Shown here one piece after another: positions 24,307-35,900 of a stretch of DNA of 64,000 nucleotides (positions are counted from its first letter, which is position 1; each line of letters starts with the position of its first letter). The stretch covers positions 9,288,184 through 9,352,183 of the forward strand of contig OZ316895.1 in NCBI GenBank assembly GCA_973895155.1, in the 5' to 3' direction. The stretch is from Marsupella aquatica (lineage: Eukaryota; Plantae; Marchantiophyta). The position numbers and the translations under genes are program-made. The notes beneath the pieces are model-generated. The model saw only the letters and a program-made list of their open reading frames with translations. It was not told where the DNA came from and did no database searches.

Positions 24307-27300
24307 TGTCGTGAGTGAACGAGTCGCTCCAGCTTAGTTGTTCTGTTCCCCTGTTGCTGCGCGATTGTTTCATGGAGCAGTACGAATGGACTCTTCCGCA
24401 ACTGAAACTGTGCCCACAAGAGTTTCGCTAGCCTCAAAGCAAAGCACGATGTCCCTAGTAACTTTCAACGTAACTCATTGTAATGGCTGTATTGTGCTGT
24501 GGAGCCGCGTTCTACGTGAGGGTAAAGGGATCCGTGTGTTTAAGTGTTCGCGGATGGATAATTGACAAGGTTTCTGCCTTGGATTGCTTTCGAGAAATGA
24601 CAGGTTCGAACGATACAGAGTTGTAACTTAGAATCGTGAACTCTGTACCGTTCACCAAACAACAGGCGTTTTTCTTACGGTACAACTTCGGATTACGAGG
24701 TGTAAAACCCATACAACTTTTAATTAACTACTTTGGCACACTAACGATGTCAAATTTGTTCTTAGTATATTTACAAGTAAATATGTTACTCTTTTCATGT
24801 GTTGAGGACAAGTTAACCAAGGAAATTAAGGTAACCATATACGACAAGGCAAAATATTCTCAGTTACAATAAATAATGGCAGTAATGTCACGTGGAACAT
24901 CTTTAGTGTGTAGTTAAAAGGTTTTGCCCCTTAGTTTTATTTTAATGTCCCTTCGACAAGACCGTGCATCTTTTGCATTTATTGAGGTTTGAATTTCTTT
25001 TGCCCCCCCTCTTAATGTGTTTTATGTATCTTGTTATCCCAGTTTTTCTTTGCCCTTGGTGTATATATTTATTTCTCAATCTTGCTCATCCTTATTACAA
25101 GGTTAGTTTACCCTTTATTTCTGATCAAGTAATTTATCTCTTTAACTTATTAATTATGAACTTCCAAAATCAATTCAAATTCCTTCTTTCATGGCCATGC
25201 TATCTCTTAGGATGAGTGTAAGAAAGAAGGAAAGGCCCATAATCCCCTTGAGGGCATAGGTTACCCAACATGATCGTAATTAATCCGTGGACCCCCATGT
25301 TCATTCAATGAATATGTGTGTGATGCAATGAAATCAATTTTCAGCAAGATGGTAATCGATGGTTTTGAGTCTCCCGGTGGTTTTGGTGTGTGCTCGTACA
25401 AAAGAGAATGCTCGAAGGATAGAGGAGATCAATCTGGTTGAGATGATCTCTCTAGTTTATCAAACGGAAGTTGAATGTGGAGGAATTGAATTTTTTGACG
25501 GTTTTCGCTTACACATTGGAGGAATCGTGTATATACCATTCCTGATTGATCGTTTGTGAGTTATGTTGAGCATTATGGTCACAAGACAGATAGGAGGACA
25601 ACACTCAACAGTTGGTGGAAGAGCGCTTGTCATTTTGGTGGGAAGAACGCATGAAATAGACGAGCCATCACTTCACATCAAGGTTCTGTAGTTTTTTTGA
25701 TTTAAGAAAGCTATAGTGTGAGGGGGAGATCAATGATTGTTTCTTCAACATAGAGGTTGCATTTGGCGTCAACTTGTGTTCAGAGTGAGCTTCAGTCGAA
25801 GCCTAGAAGGGCGTGAACAATTCAAGGTGGGAAGCAAGCATTGCGGACAAGTGATGGTGAGGTAATCAAACAAATCAATTTGCAGCAGCTAACTTTGTGA
25901 CGGTGACGGGATTGTGACATCTCTTCATCGAGAAAGGGAGGTGGGCATTTTTTGATGTTGCATTTCTTGAGTCGGTGATGGTTTTTTAAGTGGGTGCAAG
26001 TTATATGATCATACGGTATCCACCATTCACCTCACAACTCAAACTCAAAACTCAGCTGAAGATTGCTCCTTTGTTTCCCTTTGATACAATGTGACAGAAT
26101 GACATTACCCTATTCACAATCATCTCTTGTTGGTACCTCCCTCATTGAAAGAGATGATCAGGTATGAGCGGTTACTTATTTACGTTATTTTAGAGACAAT
26201 TATCTAACAAATACATAGTAAACAATTTAAAAACACTCGAAAGGTAACTAATACGGTTACAATGAAAAAATGACATCTCTTCCTTTGCACTATGGTTTTT
26301 TTTACGCTTAATACTTACGGCTTGGCGCCCCATAATTTACACAAATATGAACACAAACATGACAAATACTTGTTTGTTTTCCAGAAAACATGCTCTGTCC
26401 TATTTGTCACCATCCTCGCTGATGTGGAACATCCTCGTGCCAATGAATTTGCAAGGGACCCCTAATGGGGGTTTATAATTAAGTTAGAACATTAGTTTAA
26501 GATTCTTTCTCATATGGCAACCTTGACACCGAGGGCGCCTTGTCTTCAGGGGCACATTGAGAAGGATTTCAAGTCTCCACAATATAGTCCGTTTAGTAGT
26601 GCAGCATCTCTAATTTGAAGTAAACTAAGCTGCAGGTGTGTGCATGTGAGACAGTGATTTCCCAGATTGTCTCATCCTCAAAATATGTTTTACATCCTTG
26701 AAACTAGGTTGACCAAGGCAACATGATCAGGTTCATCAGAACTTACACTAAATAATGGGCAAATAATGGGCAATTGAACATCTAGGCAGACGGTGTATGC
26801 CTCAATTGATCAATCTTTTGAGGCAGTGTAGTGCCCATGCTGCTAGGCTGCTAATTGAAAATAGCCTCTTTGTTTGCTTAACCCACATCTGATTCAAACA
26901 ATTCCAGAAACTGTGACTCATTGCCCAGGCTATCCAGTGGATTCTGAAGAGGGGTAACTAATTGTCCAGGTTCTCCAATGGGTAACAATGAGCCATAAAT
27001 CATCATGTCCACTCTGACTTGACACAGTTCATGAGCAATAACAAACATACAAAGTGAAATTGAAGGTAATAGTCTAAGAGTTTGTAGGTCACGTAAGGTT
27101 AAGGCTGGATCTTTTCCCCAAAAAATACTGCAAGGTATGCATTTTAGTCTCCTCTCTCAAATTGACAGTCCCCTCCTTGTTCCTGGTGCCACTTGGGGTG
27201 CTTAAGTTCAAGATATTGAATGCTGTTGCTTAGATTTTGATGAGGGGTTCTCTCTACAATTAGGGGACCCACTAAAGTTTCCTCAGATTTCCACCTACAA

Positions 27301-28635
27301 TTAACTTGTGAGCTAGACCTCCGGGGTCTCTCTACATGGAGCTTGCCATCACCTGCGACATTTGTTAATCTTGAACACCCAAAAACTTAAGAAACAATTA
27401 TTTTATTATTTAACCCTAAAATCTTAGAATATCCTAATTCTCATTAAAGAAACCCTACCCTTTCTTATAATGCTCAAATTGGATTTAAAGGACCTAAATG
27501 TTCTTTCACAAATTCTCTTCACTATTCTTAGAACCAGTAATATGGCTTCAATTGCACGCATGTGTTGCTTTTTGTGTAACTGAGACCCCTGAGATTTAAA
27601 CAATTGGCAAATCTTTTAAGTGCCAATCTGATTGTTTTTTTCTGGTGGACCAGAGAGTATGGCTAAATTGATGAAAATCAAAGGGAGAAGAGAGGAACCA
27701 GACAGTATTGAATTCGACACCAATCGCTCACAAACTGCCCAACCGACTAGCACAGGCAACAGTGTCAGTTTTTCCACGAAGCACGAGAAAGCCCAACTGA
27801 AGAGATAATTTTCACATCATGTATGAGACTCGGAGAAGAACCACATAACAGAACAATCAAGGTCTCAAGAGACAAAATTGCCAATGCCGACCTCCACAAT
27901 GTTATCAGCTCTTCGTCAGGAACTTACACTAGGGATCCACCACTGCTCATAAATCCATCCATTAGGGAACAGAATACAGTAGAAGACTGTGTCGGTCGGT
28001 GTCGGTCGGTAGCATTATACAAAACGTACTTAGCGGTTCCACTTTCATTCAGGTCCAAGACTCCCATGCAACAATCTATTTTTGAACAAGGTCTGAGCAC
28101 ATTAGAATCGAGTGGACTTCCACAACGTTAATAAATGGCTTTACAGGCGAACGCCGGCGCCATTCGCCTGAGAACCTGCCGAGAGCTTTCAAGTAGGGCA
28201 ACCTGGAGCTCGACGTTGACGGTTTCAATTCGTAGAACCTGATCGTTACGTCCTTGCTTAACGAGTCCTTTCTCGATAGACGGATGACGATTCCACAACT
28301 CAGGCAGCAGCCTACCGGAAGCTCGAATCTACAATTGGAAACGAGCAGCCGATCGACAGATCATATTCCCTACCTCAAACCGGGCCAGGTAAGACCATTC
28401 CTGTTTCCCCGGGTCCCCGCCCGGGTCCAAAGTGGCTGAAAAATGCTTAGGGATGTATGCTAGCAGGCACGAGTAGACGAAGGCAATGGCAGCTCTGCAA
28501 GACCTCGGCGGTGTTTACAGCACGAATAAATGGAGCACAAGAAAAGTCAGGTCACAAGCCGCTGAAAGGACCGACAATAATTGAGATCAAATTCTCCCCT
28601 CCCAGGAAGTTGTATCAAACTGTGGTAGATGTGGC

Positions 28636-29058
28636 TTAAGCACTGGTGAACTTGGTCACAGCCTTGGTTCCCTCGGACACAGCATGTTTGGCCAGCTCGC
28701 CGGGCAGAATGAGCCTCACAGCGGTCTGAATCTCTCGGGACGTAATTGTGGGTTTCTTATTGTAGCGAGCGAGTTTAGCGGCCTCTTGGGCTAGCTTCTC
28801 GAAGATATCGTTGATGAAGGAATTCATGATCCCCATTGCTTTGGACGAGATGCCCATCTCATTGTGGACTTGCTTCAATACCTTGTAGATGTATATTTTG
28901 TAGGTCTCGATTCCCTTCTTAACTTTCTTCTTCGAGTCCTTGGACGAGCCGCCCTCCTTTCCGACTGGCTTCTTCTCCGCCTTCGGTCTTCCCTTACCGG
29001 CTGGCTTCTTTTCCGCCTTACCCTTTCCTTCCGCCTTGTCCCCGTCCTTAGGCGCCAT
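28636..29058 (-). CDS. H2B: Histone H2B, intronless coding region, 140 aa
   Basis: [15 protein letters not shown]...[21 protein letters not shown]...[36 protein letters not shown], with a plant-type AEKKP N-terminal tail. Confidence 0.98.
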   Translation of the reverse strand: MAPKDGDKAEGKGKAEKKPAGKGRPKAEKKPVGKEGGSSKDSKKKVKKGIETYKIYIYKVLKQVHNEMGISSKAMGIMNSFINDIFEKLAQEAAKLARYNKKPTITSREIQTAVRLILPGELAKHAVSEGTKAVTKFTSA

Positions 29059-29842
29059 GCTTCAGACGTAGCAAAATGGCACCACACACGCACGCAAGAA
29101 ACTAAAGAAGTCTGTCCATCCACAACACGGACGAGACAGGAAAGATGGGAGTGAGTTATAACTACGTAAAACCAGATCGCGAGAAGGTTTCTGCCAGTAT
29201 CTGAAGTGCTCACGGGATTGCCTCCCTAGCATTCACCTCATTAACCAGAAATCCCAACTGCCTGCTAACTACGACAGAGCGGGCGAGAGAGGCAGAAGCT
29301 CAGTATGTATCAACGATACCACATCAATTCACATTCAGAACTAAACAGGACACTCAAATAACCGATTTGAATACCAAATCTCAGACCCCAAATCAGCCAC
29401 CACTCACAATCGACCACGGACCCTACGAAATCATATTGGCAGATTATCCACACAGAAGCTGACGGGCGAACATTCCTCTCAATCTGCGTAAATAGATTTG
29501 GCATGCATGATTTCGTTTGCCAGATACGATCATCCCACATACGAAAGGAGCCAACAAACCTGAACGAAGGAGTTGAACGGCCTGCAAGCGAGAAGCAAAG
29601 CGAAAAATGGATCACAAGAAACTCCTCGAGCGATGGGAAGAAGGAAGAAGGACGAAGAGGCAAGTAGAGGCATCGAGGAACCAGAAAAGGTCCGAACTTC
29701 ACAAAGTGGTCTGTACAAAGCATGTCGTGTGGTGGGTCGGAAGGCCACGCCGTCTAGAATGCGTAAGAGCGCAGTTTGACGAAGAATTTTCTAGAAAGTA
29801 CAGTGCGGAATCCGATGAGCCACATATTCATGTGCGAAGTAT

Positions 29843-30205
29843 AGGGTAATGCAGGTCTGGGCGCAGGGTAATGCAGGTCTGGGCGCAGGGTTACTAAGCT
29901 GCAACCTTGCGTCCTGAATATGAAGAATATGAAAATAAGCTGACCGGCTGCAGCCGGGAAGCTTCTTTGAATATTCCGGGAGCAGGTTACAGTCTATAAT
30001 CCCAGCCCAGACCTGCAGTAGCTTAAGTAACTCCTGCCCGGAAAGAGCGGGAGCAGGTTACACTCTATAATCCCAGCCCAGACCTGCAGTAGCTTAAGTA
30101 ACTCCTGCCCGGAAAGAGGTTACCGACTCTACTTTTCAGGGCAGTAGATTATGACTATAACAGCCCCTCTAGAAATGGTTACACACCGGTAACCTCTTCT
30201 CCTGA
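29843..30205. repeat. Small composite direct/inverted repeat cluster (MITE/foldback-like) upstream of H2B
   Basis: A 23-bp unit (gggtaatgcaggtctgggcgcag) occurs twice at 29843-29890, and a ~71-bp unit twice at 29977-30118. gcaggtctgggc is the reverse complement of gcccagacctgc inside the 71-mers. Confidence 0.75.
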
Positions 30206-31101
30206 TTTACTGTATCACATTGTGGAATCTGTTTCCTTCATATAGCATGTTCGTTCTAAGACACAGTTATTTTAACTTATTGACAATAATGTTAATTGTA
30301 TCCTATGTAAATATTAAATAACAATTATACATAGTATTCAAATGCATTAAAACAGGGAATCAAATAAATAAATAGAATAAAAATGCACACGTTTAAAGTG
30401 AAAAAATTACCTTACTTTTTAGGTGAAAAACAAATACATAACTTATAAGTCAATGTACCTTAGAGGTATAGTATTTTGTGGTTGACAGAAAAGTATGTTA
30501 GCTTTATACTCTAGCTTGGTACTCTATTTTTAGGCCCTATTGAAGGCCCTATTGAAAGATTCACTATTTAGGTGACACCTGTTAGCCTCTAAACCATAAG
30601 GGTTGGAAAGTTTTTCACCAATGGACATATAACCTACATGGCATCTCTGGTTTTGGTACTGGGTGCATCCTGGTGAGTCTGACCATCTCTGCAATAGAGG
30701 ATGAATGGCAGAAAAAAAATCTCATCAAATACATGATAAGCTATCACAATAAAACATATCAAATCAAATGAAATCATAAACTTGAAATAATTAAAGGGGT
30801 TAGATAATTTGTTAAATTCAAACCAATACAAAGTGAAATGATACACTAGGCCAGATTTAAAAGAAAATTCAGAACTCATATTTCTAATAAGACAAAAATA
30901 AGGTAGAAGGTGTTCGCCATATAGCAATGTCGGAAAAATTGTGGAATCTGTTTCCTTCAATTATGTACCGTAGTGCAGCGTTTTCTAAGTAGCGAAAACT
31001 CGCACCTCTCTAAAAATGGTTCACTAGATCCCACTCTAGTAAGTCCCCCTTTAAGTTGCTATTTGCATTTCTATGGGGCTATTTCTATGGACTAGCCCCA
31101 G

Positions 31102-31209
31102 TACCCATTCTTTGAAAGTGAATAGTGGAGATTAGAATAAAAGTGTCACCAAAATACCCATTCTTTGAAAGTGAATAGTGGAGATTAGAATAAAAGTGTC
31201 ACCAAAATA
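31102..31209. repeat. Tandem duplication, ~53-bp unit x2
   Basis: tacccattctttgaaagtgaatagtggagattagaataaaagtgtcaccaaaa occurs twice. Confidence 0.95.
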
Positions 31210-31744
31210 TATTTGCTATTCAGATATTTTGAAGGTTAATCATCATGCATGTCATCCCATTTTAATAATCATACATAACATACCCTTCTCCTTTCTATCC
31301 ACATTCCTCTTTCTATGCACATATGTTATGGTGGGGCCATAGAGCCCATTTTTTTAATGTACATAAATAAAAATCATGATAGAAAATATGTATGATTATC
31401 ATTTGACATATATCATAACCGTGAGTTTTTACATCCACGTGGTAGGCCATGGAGTTAGAGTCTACTATAGATGCTTCACTCTAGAAGACTACTAGCCCCA
31501 TGACCTGTTCCTTGAAAGTAAATAAATATGAAGAAAAAATCTTACACAATAAATTTTACATGCTATTTTGGTTAGTCTTTGCCCCATCCTTCTTTTTTGT
31601 CCATCAATTTTGTATTTTTTAAAGTTAATGTCACTTTTGTCCATACTCATTTAGAATTTTAATTTTATTGAACCTCATTATCAATTTTGTCTTGTTACAA
31701 TCTAGAGGCTTCACTCTAGATCTAGGTTTTTAAGAGTAGGCTTC

Positions 31745-32520
31745 TTCTTCCAAAAACGGGGACACCCTGGAAACTTTATTCAACGAGAACAGAAAACAAC
31801 AACTGCCCGAGAGAAGGGGGCAGGGAAAAATTAAAAAAACAACAATTAAGGGGGCTATTAGTGGGAGCACACCCAGAGAGGAGAAGGCACCACAAGCCAA
31901 GACGCCTAATTGGAAGGAGGCGATGAAGAGGGCAAGAGAATGCCAATGGAACCTGGAACAAAAATCTAAAGCAATACCCAAGACCAACCCTAAACTGCAA
32001 ACAGAACCGGACAGCGCCAAAGACCAGCCTGGTCTTCGCCACCACCACCCTCCACTGACCACAATAACCCACTTCGCTTGGCACCAGTGAGCAACAGGAT
32101 CCATCGGACCGCACTATCTCCGGCCCAGGCGGACATCAGCAACCAAAGGAAAGCAACAACTGCTGGCTATCAGAGCATTCGCAGCCACCAACACAACATC
32201 CACCTAATACCAGAGGGGAACATGCCAGAGGATTGGCATGCCGCATGCTTCACCAACCCAGCCAGCAGCCACCAAGCTAGATCCTTGTTGAGCCAGATCC
32301 CAAGCAGCTATGTCGTAAGTCCGAATAAGTGTGAATTCAATTAGATCCCATGGGGCCGAGCCCAAGAAGCAACTCAAACAAGATCGCTGCATCAGATCTC
32401 CGCAAACCATCCAGCCCCATATAAGATTGGATCCACCAGACCCAGGCTATATAGGTGTTGCAGCCCCCAGAGCAGAGAATTCCCTCCAAAACAAGGAACC
32501 TGAATGACTCCCCATAATAG
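31745..32520 (-). mobile_element. 3' end (UTR) of a LINE related to the element at 41204-45044
   Basis: Minus-strand AATAAA at 31775-31780 precedes an A-rich end. Upstream motifs ctctgggtgtgc and ccaa(t/a)taggc are shared, in the same order, with the 3' end of the plus-strand LINE (44840-45003). The 5' boundary is uncertain. Confidence 0.55.
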
Positions 32521-32593
32521 GTTTGGGGAAACAGTTTAGTTGGAGTTTTTATAGTAAGACTAGCCCCATGCCCGTGCGTTGCACGAAAGACTT

Positions 32594-32848
32594 CGAGTGA
32601 GGGCAAGATTTTGAGTGAGGGCAAGATGTCGAGGTGAGGGAAATATTTGGAGGTGAGGGCAATATTTCAAGTGAGGGCAAGATGTCAACTTGAGGGCAAG
32701 ATTTGGAGATGAGGGCAAGATTTCAAGTGAAGGCAAGATGTTGAGGTGAGGGCAAGATTTGGAGATGAGGGCAAGATTTCGAGTGAGAGCAAGATGTTGA
32801 GATGAGAGCAAGATGTGGAGGTGAGGGTAAGATTTTGAGGCGAGGCAA
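32594..32848. repeat. Minisatellite of ~19-bp units (GAGGTGAGGGCAAGATTT-like), about 13 copies, in the Helitron 3' subterminal region
   Basis: tgagggcaagat recurs with an 18-19 bp period between the RepHel stop codon and the terminal hairpin. Confidence 0.9.
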
Positions 32849-32932
32849 ACATGGTTGTGCATTGCAACCTTATAATTCAGGCAAAAAGTCAAAGAGATTA
32901 ATACAAAAGTGATACAATCTTTATTCAGGCTT

Positions 32933-35900
32933 TCAATAAAGAACCTCATCATATACAACATTTTTTGTCAACTTTGCTTGACCCTCCTCGGAATCTGAAA
33001 GTAAAAGCTTGATAGTTGTAGGTGATGTTGCCCTTGAGAATGCTACATACAACTGTCCATGACTAAATACAGGCTTTGAAAGCTGCAACCCTACATGTTC
33101 TAAAGTCTGACCTTGAGCCTTGTTTATGGTCATTGCATATGCCACTCGAACGGGAAATTGGACCCTACGTAATAAAAAAGGAAGTGACTCATCAGACGTC
33201 AACGGAATCCGTGGGATAAATGTAAGGGTCCCTGCATGTTTTCCTGCAAGAACACGTGCCTCAATGACACGATGATTCATTGCTCTCACAATTAGCCGAG
33301 TACCATTGCACAACCCCAAAGAGTGATCTATATTCCTAAGTAAAATGATAGGGCATCCAACCTTCAGTACCAACTTATGAGGCGGCAGACCACTCGGCGT
33401 GAGTGTATTCAAGAACTCCGTAGGGTAGAAATTCTCCCCTTCAAGCTGATCTGGACGATCTACGCTAAAAAACTCACTTGATTCCCCGGGAAGTCCTTCT
33501 AAGATAGAGTCGTTAATTTTTAGTGCCTCGTCATTTGTCGGCGCCAGGATAGTTCTCTCACTTAAGAACCTATCGTCCACATTAGCAAGAGTCGGGTATA
33601 TTGCCTGAATCAATGATTCCACTCGTCCCCCATCCACCACCATAGACTCAGGGCAAGTAATAAGATTATTTGAAGGCCCTCCTTTTGGGAGTTTATCATC
33701 GCCCAATTGTAGTAGCCACTCCGCAAATGTAACATTACCAAATTCAGGAGAGGCATTAGTTCCTCTTGCCCGCATATTTTCAGTTAGCTTCAAAGTCCGT
33801 ATACTATGCCACACATAAGACTTCTTCAAACACGACCCCACAATCTCCGGACGACTTGCCCTTGCCTTCACTGGAAGCACTTGTCGAAAATCACCTGCAA
33901 ATACAACTACAACCCCTCCAAAGATTTGATCGTTATCTCGTATGTCGCGTAAAGTTCTATCCAACGCCTCCACTCCATGCCGATGGATCATGGGTGCTTC
34001 ATCCCACAAAATAAAAGTTGCCCTCCGCAATAATCCAGCAACGTCAGATTGTTTTTGGATGCCGCATGTCGATGTCGAGATTGGTTTCAATGGTAGCTTG
34101 AATCTTGAGTGTGCGGTGCGACCTCCATCTAACAAAAGACTTGCAATACCCGAGGAAGCTACGGCCAATGCAATGTCCCCATCTGCACGGACTCTCCGAA
34201 GTAGAACATTCTCCACAAATGTTTTGCCCGTCCCCCCCGGTCCATCAATAAAGAATGTTGCTCCATCTCGAGCCCTCACCGCTGCAAGTATTGTAGTGTA
34301 CATTGCCCTTTGACCCTCGTTCAACAACGGCTCCTGCTCTGCAAGTTGTTGTAGAAGTACATCCATCAGGTAACGTGTCTCCTCTCTTATCAACCGGTTT
34401 CTATTTTCTTCCTCTTGGAAAAACTCCATACCTGGTTCCAGAAGACCAAACTCTAGCAATGTTTTACCCACACTTTTCAAAGCCTCATCCATCAAATGTA
34501 GAGCAAAGCTATGTTGTTGCTGCTCTGTAGAATCTAAGAAGCCCATTGATTGCAAATGATACCTACAATCATCACTCAAATTGGATGCATGTTGTGTCCA
34601 CAGGTCGCACGGCTTGGCAACACCTCCAAACAACAATATTGTGATAAATAGTTGTCGAATTTGTGCACCGGTGTGCATGCTTGCTGCTTCTTGAAGGCAT
34701 CTATCCCACTCCTCATCGTTCTCATACAAACCCCGGGCAAGAGCGGCGGCCTGAAAGGTTGGGTATACATTGCCCTCAAATGTGCGAAGGTCGATGAATG
34801 ATGTTGCACCTTTGATGTGAAGAAGAAGCGCCCTCAAGTAGTACCGTTCACCCGCGGCTGGCGGCACAAAATACATCCTACCAATGCTAAACCCTCTTCT
34901 TCGTGGGTTCCATGCACGGGAGGATGCATCCCACACAAACTCATTGGGGAAATTGCTATAGAAAAGTTGTCTTGCACGTTCATGTACTATGTTAGCTCTA
35001 AACCACCCTGTGAGGGTTGTGTCCCTATGAGATTCTCGTTGGACCACATCATTGATCTCAGAATCCTCATTGAACATTACCGATTGTTCCCCCTCACAAT
35101 GCACTTGCAACCTTTGCACTGAAGTAGTACTCTCAGACATTTCAAACTGATTGATGCGCCATACTCCTTCAGCAGCAGACACATATCTGGCATCTAAATG
35201 TTCCTTTACTTCGTCTCGTTGCTCAACCTCCACCGTTGCTTTATCGTGCCCTTTATAACAGTACTTATATAAATACTTGATTGCTTTAATCGAAGAACAA
35301 ATCTCCACATTGATATGAGCATTAAATCTCATGCTCAAATATGGACTATGAGGAACAATCCACCTATTGTCAAACTTAAATGTGCTTCGATCTTTTGAGA
35401 AACTGCGGCCATCATCCCGACGTCGATACAAAGGATACCCATCATCTCCAAAAACTGTTTCAGATGAAAATGATCGCGGATAGCCCTTGCTACACTGTTC
35501 GTCGACCATGCAAGGTGAGTTTGGATACCCGCGACCGCATGGACCATGGACCATGGACTTCATAATAGTCTGATATAATTGGGGATGTACTCGTGCTTCC
35601 GGTATCTCTGCCGAAACCAATTCGTCAACCAACTCCGGGGTGCGCAACTTGTGTCGTTCCACCAATATTATCAGTATGTGGGCGTGCGGCAAACCCCTCT
35701 TCTGAAATTCGATGACATACATAGAAGCAATAGGTCTACCTAATACCCCTGCTCGAATGTCTGCTAACAGGGCCTTCAACTTAAGTTTGAATACTCTTGC
35801 CACAATGTCATCGCGGTCGGCCGGGGTCTGGTAGGGGTAGCACTCCACTCTGATTTCAGGCCATTCAGGATTGCACGTAAAAGTTATGAAAAGGTCTGGA

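Noticed and set aside
24700-27600. Probable decayed TE sequence between the dioxygenase and H2B
   Set aside because: No termini, TSD or protein motif could be identified, so it is left unannotated.
32594-32848. Regularly spaced short repeats as a possible CRISPR-like array
   Set aside because: The units are contiguous ~19-mers with no unique spacers, there are no cas genes and the context is eukaryotic. It is a minisatellite inside a Helitron.
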